DNA of 64,000 nucleotides, taken from the NCBI RefSeq assembly GCF_964213995.1, contig NW_027590501.1:124001-188000 (forward strand), given 5' to 3'. Source of the stretch: Mustelus asterias (lineage: Eukaryota). Both the position numbers and the translations under genes were made by a program. Shown here piece by piece: positions 48,181-61,567 of the stretch. How positions within the stretch are numbered: the stretch's first letter is position 1; each line of letters opens with the position of its first letter. Below the pieces are notes generated by a model. That model was not told the DNA's origin. It saw nothing but the letters and a program-made list of their open reading frames with translations, and made no database searches.

Positions 48181-49109
48181 CACTTGATATTGTCAAATAC
48201 AAATACATCTTTTGTGGTCCATGATCATAATGACTGGCCTGGCCGAGAATGGCTTACTCCTGTTCCTATTTTCTATGAAAATATATTTAAACAGGCTTAT
48301 TTTAAATTAATTAACACCTTCCTTGAAATAGTGTGCACAATCATTTGTCAGTCTGGGAATTTAAACTTGCTCTTTCACTTTCAGTCAGGAACACGTCCCA
48401 GTTTCACACTAAACTTTGATTTGACAGCATGTTTCCAGCCTTCACCGTTGTTCAAAATTGTTGCAAACTCTCGGCAGCTGTGACGGTATTTGTAAAGACA
48501 GAGTCAATGTTTCCAGTCCAATATGACTCTTCAGTTCCAAAACATTAGCTCTGTTTCTGCAGAGATGCTACCAAACCTGCTTTGTTTTTATTTCCGATTT
48601 CCAGCATCTGTAATATTTTGATTTTCTTTCACAATTGTTCACCTGACTCGAAACATAGTTATAAAAGAGTCTTCTGTTCCATGTTTAGGAGCTCTGGACT
48701 ATAGAAAAGAGCAGTTGGGACACATTTCTTACACACCTCAGGATTAACCCACTTTGCTGTCAGTGAAGAGAGATGAGAAAGTCCAAAGTGCTGTTTGTCC
48801 CTCTCAGTGTGACCCTATGGCAGGAACAGACTGCAGTTCTGTTCCTGCTGTGTGAACCTCCCCCAGATTGCCCCTTCTGAGCTCCAGCCGGCAATGTTAA
48901 ACATTCAGCTGGGAAAGACGAACATCTGCAACTATGTATTCAAATATCACTGTTTTATTTCACATTTATTTAGAATATTAAACTCCAGTCCAGTTACAGG
49001 GATTATTAACATAATCAGAAACAAACTCCAAATATCAGAATGAACATAGTCCAGTCCTGAATGTGATTCACAGCAGCAGCAATAACAGCAGAATCCAGCC
49101 CCTGTAGTA

Positions 49110-49800
49110 ACTTATGAACTTGCTGGTGTGTCAGAATGTGAGGTAACCGAATGAATCTCTTCTCACATGGAGCAGGTGAACAGCCTGTGAATGTGTTTGT
49201 GTATCAGCAGATACATTTTGCATTTAAATCTCTGCTCACAGTCAGAAGTTTGAAAAAGTTCCTTATCAGTGTGAACAAGTTGATGTGCAGTGAAGTGGGA
49301 TGACTGAGTAAATCTCTTGCTAAACATGGAGCAAGTGAACAGCCTCTCCCAGAGTGAGTGCACTGGTGGACACTGAGTTCACATGTCCAGCTGAACCCAG
49401 TCCCATAGTGAGAGACTCTGGATGGTCTGCTGTCAGTGTGAACCTGCTGATAGCACATCAGATTCATAGAAATTTTAAAACATTTCCCACAATCCAGACA
49501 TTTGAAACACATTCCATCAGTGTGAACTCACTGGTGTGTTAACAAAACGAATGAATCAGTGAATTGCTTCCCACACATGGAGCAGGTGAATGACCTCTCC
49601 CTGGTGTGAACTCTCTGCTGTTGCTGCAGGATGGACAATCGCTTGAACCTCTCCCTGCACTGAGAGCAGATGAGTGGAGTGGAACGGACTGAATACACTG
49701 GTGAACCATCAGTGAATGTGGGTTTTTAAAGCTCCTGTCACAGTCTCAGCATTTAAATCCTCTCTCTTCAGTATGAACCCACTGGTGTGTGTGGAGACTG
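49110..49800 (-). pseudogene. Degenerate C2H2 ZNF pseudogene
   Basis: Finger remnants in several frames ([26 protein letters not shown]) with indels; family 3'UTR at 49000-49110. Confidence 0.85.
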
Positions 49801-50054
49801 GATGGAGAAAAGTGGGCGTTCGGGGCTCAGACAAGAGGGATGTTTAGAGACAGTTTGGCCCATTGGGCTAATGGAATGGAGCAAAGCAACAGAGACAGCT
49901 GATTGGATTATCTCAATCTTCAGTGACAAAGTACTTCCATGAGCTCCTCACACTTGTTGTTGGAGGTGAGGATAGAGGAAACAGGGGAGAGCCCTTCAAA
50001 AGGAACTGACTTGTATTAGAGTTATTAAAAATATTCACGATGTGAATATTTTTC

Positions 50055-51300
50055 GAACTTGATCGAGTTTTTCGAGGAAGTGATGAAGATGATTGATGAG
50101 GGTAGGGCAGTGGATGGTGTCTACATGGACTTCAGTAAGGCCTTTGACAAGGTCCCTCACGGCAGACTGGTGCAGAAAGTGAAGTCGCATGGGATCAGAG
50201 GTGAGCTAGCGAGGTGAATACAAAACTGGCTCGGTCAAAGAAGACAGAGGGTAGCAGTGGAAGTGTTTCTGAATAGAGGGCTGTGACAAGTGGTGTTCCT
50301 CAGGGATCAGTGCTGGGACCTTTGCTGTTTGTAATATATATAAATGATTTGGAGGAAAATGTAACTGGATTGATTAGTAAGTTTGCGGACGACACAAAGG
50401 TTGGTGGATTTGCAGATAGCGATGAGGACCATCAGAGGATACAGCAGGATATAGATCAGTTGGAGACTTGGGCGGAGAAATGGCAGATGAAGTTTAATCC
50501 GGACAAATGTGAGGTAATGCATTTTGGAAGGTCTAATACAGATAGGAAATATACAGTAAATGGCAGAACCCTTAAGAGTATTGATGGGCAAAGGGATCTG
50601 GGTGTACAGGTACACAGGTCATTGAAAGTGGCAATGCAGGTGGAGAAGGTAGTCAAGAAGGCATACGGCATGCTTGCCTTCATCGGCCGGGGTATTGAGT
50701 TTAAAAATTGGCAAGTCATGTTGCAGCTTTATAGAACCTTAGTTAGGCCGCACTTGGAATATAGTGTTCAATTCTGGTCGCCACACTACCAGAAGGATGT
50801 GGAGGCTTTGGAGGGGGTACAGAAAAGATTTACCAGGATGTTGCCTGGTATGGAGGGCATTAGCTATGAGGAGAGGTTGGAGAAACTTGGTTTGTTCTCA
50901 CTGGAATGACGGAGGTTGAGGGGCGACCTGATAGAAGTCTACAAGATTATGAGAGTCATGGACAGAGTGGATAGTCAGAAGCTTTTTCCTAAGGTGGAAG
51001 AGTCAATTACTAGGGGGCACAGGTTTAAGGTGTGCGGGGCAAGATTTAAAGGAGATGTACGAGGCAGATTTTTTACACAGAGAGTAGTGGGTGCCTGGAA
51101 CTCGTTGCCGGGGGAGGTAGTGGAAGTGGATACGGTAGTGAGTTTTAAGGGGCGTCTTGACTTTACATGAATAGGATGGGAATAGAGGGATATGGTCCCT
51201 GGAAGGGTAGGAGGTTTTAGTTCAGTCAGGCAGCATGGTCGGTGCAGGACCATGGAGGGCAGAAGGGCCTGTTCCTGTGCTGTAATTCTCTTTGTTCTGT
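50055..51300 (+). mobile_element. Young 5'-truncated CR1 LINE
   Basis: [26 protein letters not shown] motifs and 3'UTR. Confidence 0.95.
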
Positions 51301-51329
51301 AAACATTTCTCTGGATATTTAAATAAAAA

Positions 51330-52620
51330 GAGTTATCCAAGTGAATGTTGGTCCAAGAGAAAGTGACTCTGGGGAATTAATAATGGAAAGTGAGGAGATG
51401 GCAGATGAATTCAACAGGTACTTTGTATCAGTCTTCACTATAGTTTAGTACTCTACCCGATAGTATCGAGGATAGAAGTAATATCTCATCAGGGTGTGGA
51501 AGGGAGAGAGGAACTCAGGAAAACTGCTGTCACTTATGAAGTGGTACTGAGCAAATAGTTGGAGCTGTCGGCTGACAAATCCCGGACCCTGATGGACTTC
51601 ATTCTCGGCTCTGAAAAGAAGCAGCTCGTCAGATAAAAGCAAAGTATTGCAGATACTGAAAATCTGAAATAAAAACAGCAAATGCTGGAAAGACTCAGCA
51701 GGTCTGGCAGTACCTGTGGAGGGAGAAACAGAGTTGACATTTCGAGGCCACATGGCTGTTCTTTAGCTGAAGAGGGGTAGAAATGACTGGTGAGATAGTT
51801 GATGCATTGTTTTAATTTTCCAAAATTCCCCGGTTTTGGTGGAAGTTCCATTAGATTAGAAAGTAGCAAATGCAGCTCCTTTATTCAAAGAAGGAGAGAG
51901 ACAAAAAGCAGGAAACTACAGGACAGTTAACTTAACATGCCAGAGGAAAAATGTTAGAAGCTATTATTAAATACGTTACAGCATGGCAGTGAGATAAAAT
52001 CAGGCCATGAAGAAGAGTCAACGTGGTTTTGAGAAAGGGAAATCATATTCAACCTATTTTCTCAGTTCTTTGAATGAGTCACATGTGCTGTGGATAAAGG
52101 GGAACCAAAGGTGCAGAAAGGTGAATGTACTGAGATTTCCAGAATGCATTTATAAGCTATCACATCAAAGGATATTGTGGAAAATAAAAGCTCCTAGTGG
52201 GGCGGGGGGAATGGTAACATATTGGCACGGAAAGGAGATTGGGTAGTTAACAGGAAACAGGATTGGCATAAATGGGTCTTTTTCTAGTTGACTGGATGTG
52301 ATGAGTGGTGGGCCACGGGTCAATGCTGGGACCTCAACCTTTTTACCATTTATATAAATGACTCAGATGAAGGAATTGAAGGTATGGTTGCTAAATTTGC
52401 CTGTTCAGGTACACTGAATTTGGGAGAATTTAGCATGGGCAATGCACCGAACCAGCACATCTTTTGGAATGTGGGAGGAAACCAGAGCACCCGGAGGAAA
52501 CCTACGCAGACACGGGGAGAACGTGCTGACTCCACAAGACAGTGACCCAAACCGGGAATCGCACCCAGTCCCTGATGCTGTGAGGCAGCAGTGCTAGCCA
52601 CAGTGCCACCATGCCACCCA
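51330..52620. mobile_element. Old CR1 fragments with short Penelope-derived insert and partial V-SINE (52400-52619, minus)
   Basis: Degenerate CR1 RT motifs; SINE head and V-domain. Confidence 0.7.
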
Positions 52621-52689
52621 GTTGGACTGAACAATGTTCATTCTGAGAGTCAGGTTTTGTTTCTGACAGTAATAACCATCCGAACTCAA

Positions 52690-54100
52690 CTGGATAAATA
52701 TGAAATTAATCAACTTTTTTTCAAAATTATTCTTCTGGATTTTTTCTTTTGGAGAGCGATTACACTATTTCTGCTGTGAAATGAGAACTATTGTCATTCT
52801 CCATCCATTTCAGGAAGCCTCATCCAGGATTTTAGCTATTGTGTCTGCATCATTTTTACAAACAGGAAAGGTTTCAATCCACCAGGTAAACATAGCTGTA
52901 ATTAGCAGGATATACCAGTCTCCTCTTAGTGTGGAGAGTGGGCCTGTATAATCAAGCTGCAGTGTTTCCCAGGGAACATCAATAATGTGGAACATGTTAA
53001 TTGGGACAATGCATTTTGCAGAATCTGATTAGTTTGAACACATGAGGCACAGCTTCAGGTGCTGATGGACATTCTGATACATCCTCAGCCACTGATAGTA
53101 TGATCATGTTGTATAATATTGAGGAGTCAAAAAACAAGAAATACGCCTTGCTTTGATCCATCAAATATACTAATCCCTTTCTAAGCCATCGAGTTGTGAC
53201 TGAAGTCAAAGTTAAACCATATTTGTGAAAGAAAACTTCATTGTGTCAGATGAGTGAGTCCTTACTTGCTGTGAATGATGAGGGAAAGTTTTCTCTATGG
53301 TGCCAACCCTTTTTACCCACAGTCATCTTAGGTCAGTGTCCTGACAAGTTTTTAAATGACATATAACTGGAGTCTGTCGTACCGGTCCCAATGATTGTGT
53401 TTTGGGTGGATCCCATGGAATCTCCTCGAGAGCAGCTTTCCTGGTGAGTCAGTCTGCCTGGTTATTACCATCACTCCCTTCACTAACTCCTGCTGCTGAT
53501 CCACCTTCACCTGGCAAATAGCAATTTATCCTGGACATCCAGTAACATTCCCAATCATTCAGAGTTTGGAGTGGTGAGCAGTGGTTTCCTTTCTGCTGTG
53601 GAGAAGCTGTGTTTCCTCCCCCAGAGGGGTAGGTTTTCTGAGGGAATTACAACCAACGTAGCTTTCAGAATATTTGGTGATTATATCGGTAACAGTTTGA
53701 AGGGCTGTGACCGCAATAACCTCAGAGTTCTGGGCTAACTGTTGCGATTGTGGTGGATATTTAGTAAGGATACTACAATTGTTGTGGAGAATCAAACACA
53801 CAGCTCCACTCTGATACAAACCTTGTTCATAAAACCAACACCTGATCGCATAAACCCCAGTGCAATGTAATAGTTATTTGTCTTTAACAGGTCCATTGGA
53901 CATGACCGCTTTTGCCTGACTGAGACGTAGGATTCTTTCATACTGAAACATCCCAGCCAAGTAATAATTATGAAGATTCAGGACGTGAATGCTTTTTCTT
54001 TGTAATTCCATAATTCAACCATTGGCCCTTTAGGATAATGTCACTGCAGTATTTGGGGTCTGCAGAAATATACAATTAAACTCTGCCAGGCACTTTATCT
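52690..54100 (-). pseudogene. pol: Degenerate retroviral-type pol relic (RNase H and integrase core)
   Basis: PWETLQLDYTGPL...WIETFPV integrase motif; AQNSEVIAV.AL and GNNQAD RNase H-like motifs. Confidence 0.7.
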
Positions 54101-54389
54101 GCTCAATGGGCACTTTATATCTTCTCAATGAATTAGGCAATCAATCTTTCCACAGGGCTGATTGTGTCTGAGAACTATCCGACTGGAAAACTTTTTCCAT
54201 TCAGGCCTCAGAATACTACAGCAGATATACATTGTTCTGGCTGTGGAATTAATTGGATAGATCTTCCAGAGAGCCAGTACAGACATAATGAGCCAAATGG
54301 TTTCTATTTGTGCTGTATCATTCTGTAAAAGAGTGAATAATCAGCATCAGGGACAGAGAGAGGAACCAGTGACTGTGCGATTGAACCCA

Positions 54390-54977
54390 GTAAGAAGTCT
54401 GACAACACCAGGTTAAAGTCCAACAGGTTTATTTGGTAGCACAAGATTTCGGAGTGTTCCTTCTTCTTCAGGTGAGTGAAGAGTTCTGTTCACAAACAAG
54501 GCATACATCGAGACAGACTCAATTTACAAGATGATGGTTGGAATGCGAGTCTTTACAGGTAATCAAGTCTTTACAGGTATAGACAATGTGAGTGGAGAGA
54601 GGGTTAAGCACAGGTTAAAGAGATGTGTATTGTCTCCAGCCAGGACAGTTACTGAGATTTTGCAAGTCCAGGCAAGTCGTGGGGGTTACAGATAGTGTGA
54701 CATGAACCCAAGATCCCGGTTTAGGCCGTCCTTGTGTGCGGAACTTGGCTATCAGTTTCTGCTCAGCGACTCTGCGTTATCGTGTATTGTGAAGGCTGCC
54801 TTGGAGAACGCTTACCCGAAGATCAGAGGCTGAGTGCCCATGACTGCTGAAGTGTTTCCCGACAGGAAGAGAACACTCCTGCCTGGTGATTGTCGAGCGG
54901 TGTTCATTCATCCGTTGTCGTAACATCTGCATTGTCTCCCCAATGTACCATGCCTCGGGACATCCTTTCCTGCAGCT
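54390..54977 (-). mobile_element. Penelope-like element 3' fragment
   Basis: Homologous to 24768-25360; degenerate hammerhead at 54440-54478. Confidence 0.88.
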
Positions 54978-54979
54978 TA

Positions 54980-56320
54980 TAAGAACATAAGAACATAAGA
55001 AATAGGAGCAGGAGTAGGCATCTAGCCCCTCGAGCCTGCCCCGCCATTCAATACGATCATGGCTGATCTGAAGTGGATCAGTTCCACTTACCCGCCTGGT
55101 CCCTATAACCCCTAATTCCCTTACCGATCAGGAATCCATCTCTCCGTGATTTAAACATATTCAACGAGATAGCCTCCACCACTTCAGTGGGCAGAGAATT
55201 CCAGAGATTCACCACCTCTGAGAGAAGAAGTTCCTCCTCAACTCTGTCCTAAACTGACCCCCCTTTATTTTGAGGCTGTGCCCTCTAGTTCCAGCTTCCA
55301 GGGCGGCACGGTAGCACAGTGGTTAGCACTGCTGCTTCACAGCTCCAGGGTCCCGGGTTCGATTCCCGGCTTGGGTCACTGTCTGTGTGGAGTTTGCACA
55401 TTCTCCTCGTGTCTGCGTGGGTTTCCTCCGGGTGCTCCGGTTTCCTCCCACAGCCCAAAGATGTGCGGGTTAGGTTGATTGGCCAGGTTAAAAATTGCCC
55501 CTGAGATGTGTAGGTTAGAGGGATTAGTGGGTAAAATATGTGGGGGTAGGGCCTGGGTGGGATTGTGGTCGGTGCAGACTCGATGGGCCGAATGGCCTCC
55601 TTCTGCACTGTAGGGTTTCTATGATTCTATGATTCTATGATTCCTTTCTAAGTGGAAAGAATCTCTCCACTTCTACCCTATCCAGCCCCTTCATTATTTT
55701 ATATGCCTCTGTACGATCACCCCTCAACCTTCTAAACTCCAACGAGTACAAACCTAATCTGCTCAATCTCTCCTCATAATTTACACCCCTCAACTCCGGT
55801 ATCAACCTGGTGAACCTTCTCTGCACTCCCTCCAAGGCCAATCCTTTCGCAAGTAAGGGGACCAAAATTAGGAGCAGAAGGAGGCAAGTTCAGCCCTTCG
55901 AGCCTGCTCCGCCTTTCAATCAGGTCATGGCTGATCTCTCCCTGGTCTCAAATCCACTTCCCCACCTGTTCCCCATATCCATCTTTCCCTTTCTTTTTAT
56001 CAGAAATATGTCTATCTTCCTCTTGAAACAATTCAATGATTCAGACACCACCTCGCTATGTGGCAGCGAGTTCCACAAATTCACCATCCTCTGAGAAGCT
56101 CCTCATCTCAGTTTTAAATCTATAGCCTCGCAACCTATACCTGTGACCTCTTGTTCTAGATTGTCCCATAAGAGGAAACATTTGCTCTACATTTACTTTA
56201 TCAATCGCTTTTAACATTTTATGTCCTTCGATTAGATCCCGCTCATCCTTCTAAACTCCAGCGAGTATAGTCCAAACTGCTTAATCTCTCCTCATTTGTC
56301 ATCCCCTTCATCCCCAGAAT
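54980..56320 (-). mobile_element. CR1 3' fragments with nested HE1 SINE (55301-55641, plus)
   Basis: (aagaacat)n tail, ALEGVQRRFTRLIP motif. Confidence 0.85.
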
Positions 56321-56923
56321 AAATACTCAATTAACTGTTTGTCGATTCAATCAGGCTTAAGTGTTGAATGATTCTTCTGAGTTCATTCTCCCAAACAGTT
56401 CCTTTACCACAACCATTACCTCTCCCTTTGCCTTTTGTTCCAGGATGTTTTTGTCATTTATTCTCATCCGACCTCTAACCAATCCCTAACTTTCCATTTT
56501 GTTCCACCTGACCCTCCTCCATTTCTCACCAGAATCAAACCCATCACATTTCTCCCTCTCTTTAGTTCTGAGGTAGAGTTACATTGGACATGAAACGTTA
56601 ACTCTGTTTCTCTCTCCACGGATGCTGCCAGACCTGCTGTGTTTTTCCAGTTCTTTCTGTATTTACTTTCGATCTACCTGTAGTGATGGGAAAAACATTA
56701 TTTACCACCGAGGATAAAATAAATGTTTTTCAACAGCATTTGTGAATCCTTTCGGTGGAAATGTACTCTCTCAGGCTCAAAGAAATTTAGCCCACTGGAA
56801 GCAAAGTTGTGAGACCGGCCAGTCCAGCAGAAAGAAACCCTCCGACCCTCCCACTTCCCAAACTGTCAGAATGAACATGGTTCTGTCCTGAGTGTGATTA
56901 ACAGCAGAATCCAACACCTGTAA

Positions 56924-57514
56924 TCACTTGTGAACTCGCTGGTGTGTCCGCATGTTCGATAATTGAGTGAATCCCTTCCCACAATCAGAGCAGGTGAACG
57001 GCCTCTCCCCAGTGTGAACTCGCTGGTGTCTCCTCAGGTCAGATGAATCACTGAATCGCTTCCTGCATTGGGAGCAGATGAACGGCCTCAGCCCAGCATG
57101 AACTCGCTCGTGTTTCCTGAGGTCAGACGAATGACTGAATTGCTTCTCACATTCAGAACAGGAGAATGGCTTCTCCCCAGTGTGAACTCGTTTGTGCGTC
57201 CGCAGGATGGATGAATTACTGAATTCCTTCCCACACACAGACCAAGTGAATGGTCGCTCCCCAGTGTGAATTCGCTGGTGTGACTGCAGGTGGGATAACT
57301 GGGTGAATCCCTTCCCACAATTAGGACAGACAAATGGTCTCTCTCCAGTGTGAATTCGCTGGTGTGTCTGTAAAATGGATGAATTACTGAATCCCTTCCC
57401 ACAAACAGGGCAGGTGAACGGCCTTTCCCCTGTGTGACAACGTCGATGAATTTCCAGGTGACTCGGGCAACAAAAACGTTTCCCACAATCCCCACATTTC
57501 CATGGTTTCTCCAT
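56924..57514 (-). CDS. C2H2 zinc finger protein, 7 fingers (one with C>W)
   Basis: ATG of MEKPWKC at 57514; open frame. Confidence 0.88.
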   Translation of the reverse strand: MEKPWKCGDCGKRFCCPSHLEIHRRCHTGERPFTCPVCGKGFSNSSILQTHQRIHTGERPFVCPNCGKGFTQLSHLQSHQRIHTGERPFTWSVCGKEFSNSSILRTHKRVHTGEKPFSCSECEKQFSHSSDLRKHERVHAGLRPFICSQCRKRFSDSSDLRRHQRVHTGERPFTCSDCGKGFTQLSNMRTHQRVHK

Positions 57515-58589
57515 GGTGTCAATGTCCTTGTGTCTCTCCAGGTTTGACAATCAGTTGAAGCCTCGTTCACACATACAACCAGTGTGCAGTCTCTCCCTGC
57601 TGTGAATGGTGTGATGTTGCTTCAGCCAATGTAACTGATTAAAGATCCTTTCACAGTCACTGCATTGTACACTCTCACTCAGGTATCATTCTCTGTACTG
57701 TTCCAGTCACACTGATGTTAAAATCTTTCACAGCAGACAAAAAGGACAAACATTTCTCCTTTTAGATTCAAGATTGATGATATTCAGCTCCCGATGAATG
57801 GAGTGACTCTGTCAGATCCTGATGTGCTATCTGCTTTGAGAGTTCTGTCTGCGATATCTCCTCCCCTAATATATTGTAAAAGAGTTTACAAACGTAATCA
57901 GTGACAGTACAGAATAGAAATTCAGAACAGAATTTTAATTGCGAAGGAACATTCATTCCTCTCTCATTTATCGAAGGCCGTAAATATCTGGACCACACAC
58001 TCTCTATTCACATTCTGCTGTATTTAATACATACCCAATAACACAATGATGTATAATTATACAGTTCTCTATTACATGATTAGAGATACATAGGGCTGTG
58101 AGGAAGTATTTTATTTCGACAGCTAGTGTTGCTGACCTGAAACTCTCTGCCTACCAGCTTGATGGAAGCAGAGAAGGTGAATAATTTCAGAATGAAATTG
58201 GGGGGGGGGCACTTGAAGGAAATAACCTGTAGGGGGACTGGGGATGTAGAGAAGGAATGGGAGTGACTGGATTGTCCTACAGAGTGTTAGCATAGGCTCA
58301 AATTACTGAATGGACACCTTGTGTCGTAATGACGCTGACTGGAAATGCATATTGTAGCTACAGTAGGATAATACAAGATTAGAAATAATTAATGTATTTT
58401 GTTACAAATAATATATCTAATCTGTACCATATTACAAGACTAGACGTATCTCTGTCCTATCTTAATTTAAATGTCAGCCTATCCTGGAGAAACCATCTCT
58501 TTAATTGTGAACATTAGGAAAGAGACCATCCTTTTACCCAGACAAATAAATGTGTCAGACTGAGAGAGCGAAAGGATGTCAATGTCTTG

Positions 58590-59355
58590 AAGAGAGAGAG
58601 ACCTGGGGCAACCTTTCCAGAATCTGCAGCCTCCCTGGATTCACTTCCTCTCCCTTCAGTTGCTGCAAGTCCCCAATTTCCCCCAGAATGAGAAAAGAAA
58701 TGGAAAGGGGGATGAAAGAAAGTGTTTTACTCACAGATGGTGGCGACAGGAGGAAGTTTCAGTCTGTTGTGCACCTCAATCTGAGTATCACAAAGCCCGA
58801 TTGGCTGAAGGACCAGAGTCCTTCCGGTCTTTTCCCATTGGCCAACACCTCAGCACGAAGGTCAGAAGGCGGGCTGCCCCGCTCATGCGCAGTGTCGCCT
58901 CTCCACTGGACATGCGCAGTCCCAGGCCGGGGGGAGGGGGTGATCACCAAGAGGCTTCTCGCTCTGGCCGGAGCCGCCAGCCGGTTGCCTGGAAACCTTG
59001 GCTGGAGGAGGTGCAGGGGGAGGGGAACAATGGGTGGGGGCGGGACTTCCGTGTCCGCGCGCCCGGGCCTGCGCACTGGCACCCCATGACGTCATTGTGG
59101 AAGAGACTGATTCCTGTTGGCTGATTCAGGCAGGGCTCCATTGTGACGTCACAATGCGGAAGCTCGATTGATTCAGATTCAGACTCAAACTCCCTCCTCT
59201 GGGCAACATCTGGGAGGAAATCAATGTTTCCCCCTTTCCATTTCTTTTCTCATTCTGGGGGAAATTGGGGACTTGCAGCAACTGAAGGGAAAGAAAGTGA
59301 ATCCAGGGAGGCTGCAGACTCTGGAAAGGTTGGCCCAGGTTTCTCTCTCTCTTAA
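58590..59355. promoter_or_regulatory. Bidirectional CpG-island promoter flanked by inverted intron-1 modules
   Basis: 58590-58712 is an inverted copy of 59228-59355; CCAAT, catgcgca x2, two TGACGTCA sites, gacttccg ETS-like site. Confidence 0.78.
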
Positions 59356-59708
59356 AGACATTGACATCCTTTGCAATGTTCCACAGGAACTAGAATTGTC
59401 TGATCTGAATTTCTATCTTGTTCTGACAGTGATGACTTTTGTAAATTCTTTTTACAGGATATTAGAAGGAGATGATTTGCTGATAGAAATGTCAAGATCT
59501 AACATTCACTCAATTCATGGGAGCTGAATGTCATCGGTTTGAATCTGGAAGAAGAAACGTTTATCTGCTTGAGTTGGGTGAACCATTGGTGTGAACAGAA
59601 AAGCATCGAGGCCCGTGCAACCCGAGTGACAGTGTCCCAGTCCCGAGTGACAGTGTTCCAGTGCACATATTGTGAAAACTGCAGGAGAGACAGAAAGACA
59701 CTCAGATC

Positions 59709-60689
59709 ATGGAAAAAGCATGGAAATGTGAGGACTGTGAAAAGTCATTCCGTTCCCCATCAGTGCTGGAAATTCATCGACGCAGTCACACCGGGGAGAG
59801 GCCATTCACCTGCTCCAATTGTGGGAAAGGATTCACTCGGTTATCGATCTTGCTGACACACCAGCGAGTTCACACCGGGGAGAAGCCATTCACCTGCTCT
59901 GATTGTGGGAAGGTATTCACTCAGTCATCGCACTTGCTGATACACCAGCGAGTTCACAATGGAGAGAGGCCATTCACTTGCCCCGTGTGTGAGAAGGGAT
60001 TCAGCGATTCATCCACACTGCAGACACACCAGAGAGTTCACACTGGGGAGAGGCCATTTATCTGCTCCATGTGTGGTAAAGGATTTGCTCAGTCATCCAA
60101 CCTGTATTCACACCAGCGAGTTCACACCGGAGAGAGGCCATTTCCCTGCTGTGTGTGTGAGAAGGGATTCAGTAACTCCGCCAACCTGCTGAGACACCAG
60201 CAACTTCACACTGGGGAGGCTTCCTTCACCTGCTTTGAGTGTGGTAAAGGATTCAGTGATTCATCCAACCTATTTTCACACCAGCGAACTCACACTGGGG
60301 AGAGGCCATTCACCTGCTTTCTGTGTGGAAAGGGATTTAGTCAGGCATCCAGTCTGCAGACACACCAGCGAGTCCACACCGGGGAGAGGCCGTTCACCTG
60401 CTCAGTGTGTGGCAAGGGATTCAGTGATTCGTCCAACTTTATTTCACACCAGCGAGTTCACACTGGGGAGAGGCCATTTAACTGCTTTGTGTGTCAGAAG
60501 GGATTCAATCGATTATCTAACCTGCTGACGCACCAGCGACTTCACACTGGGGAGAGGCTGTTTGCCTGCAATGAATGTGGAAAGGGATTCACACGATCAT
60601 CCCACCTGCTGAGACACCAGCGAATTCACAAACGATTACAAGCATTGGATTCTGCTGTTATTGCTGCTATTAATCACACCCAGAACTGA
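59709..60689 (+). CDS. C2H2 zinc finger protein, 11 fingers, C-terminally extended
   Basis: Intact 326 aa ORF; acceptor tttacag|g at 59457. Confidence 0.92.
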   Translation: MEKAWKCEDCEKSFRSPSVLEIHRRSHTGERPFTCSNCGKGFTRLSILLTHQRVHTGEKPFTCSDCGKVFTQSSHLLIHQRVHNGERPFTCPVCEKGFSDSSTLQTHQRVHTGERPFICSMCGKGFAQSSNLYSHQRVHTGERPFPCCVCEKGFSNSANLLRHQQLHTGEASFTCFECGKGFSDSSNLFSHQRTHTGERPFTCFLCGKGFSQASSLQTHQRVHTGERPFTCSVCGKGFSDSSNFISHQRVHTGERPFNCFVCQKGFNRLSNLLTHQRLHTGERLFACNECGKGFTRSSHLLRHQRIHKRLQALDSAVIAAINHTQN

Positions 60690-61567
60690 ACCACGTTCAT
60701 TCTGACAGTAGGTGAAGTGGGAGGGTCGGACGGTTTCTTTCTGCTGGACTGGCCGGTCTCATGACTTTGCTTCCAGTGGGCTGATGTTCTTTGAGCCTGG
60801 GAGAGCACATTTCCACTGAAATGATCCACAAAAGCTGATGAAAGATATTTATTTTATTCTGGATAGTAAATAGTGTTTTTCCTAACGCTACAGGTAGATC
60901 TAAAATAAATACATTTGTCTCTGTTCCATTGAGTCTACAGCACAGGGCCAGGCCAGTTGGCTCAATTGGTCTGTGTCAGTATTTATGCTCCACATGAGCC
61001 TCCCCCTCGTCATCTCCCCCCATCAGCATATCCTTCTATTCCTTTCTCCCTCAGGTATGTATCCAGCTTCCCCTTCAATGTATTCATGCTGTTCACCTCA
61101 ACCACTCGCTGTAATAGTGAGTTCTACAGTCTCACCACTCGCTGGTAAAGAGGTTTCACATTAAATCCCTATTAGATTATTGAATCTCTGAAAATGCACA
61201 CAGCATTTATAACAAAAAGGATGAATTGTCAGCGCGGATAGAGATAAATGTGTGTGTCCTGATAGACATTACAGAGACTTAGTTGAAAGGTGACCTAGGC
61301 TGGGATCTAAATATTGAAGGGTATTTGACATAATGGAATGGCAGGAAGCTAGGAAAAGGTGATAGGATCTCTCCCATTAATTAACGATGACATTAGTTCA
61401 GTACAGAGCTACCACCTTAGCCTGAAAGATCAGGATGAAGGATCGGTTTGGGTCAAGATAAGAAATGGTAAAGGTGTGAGGTCTCTTGTGGGAGTATTTA
61501 ATGGGCCCCTTACCTATGTTACACTGAACTGATTTTTTTATTTTGAACATGACACTATAATAGTATA

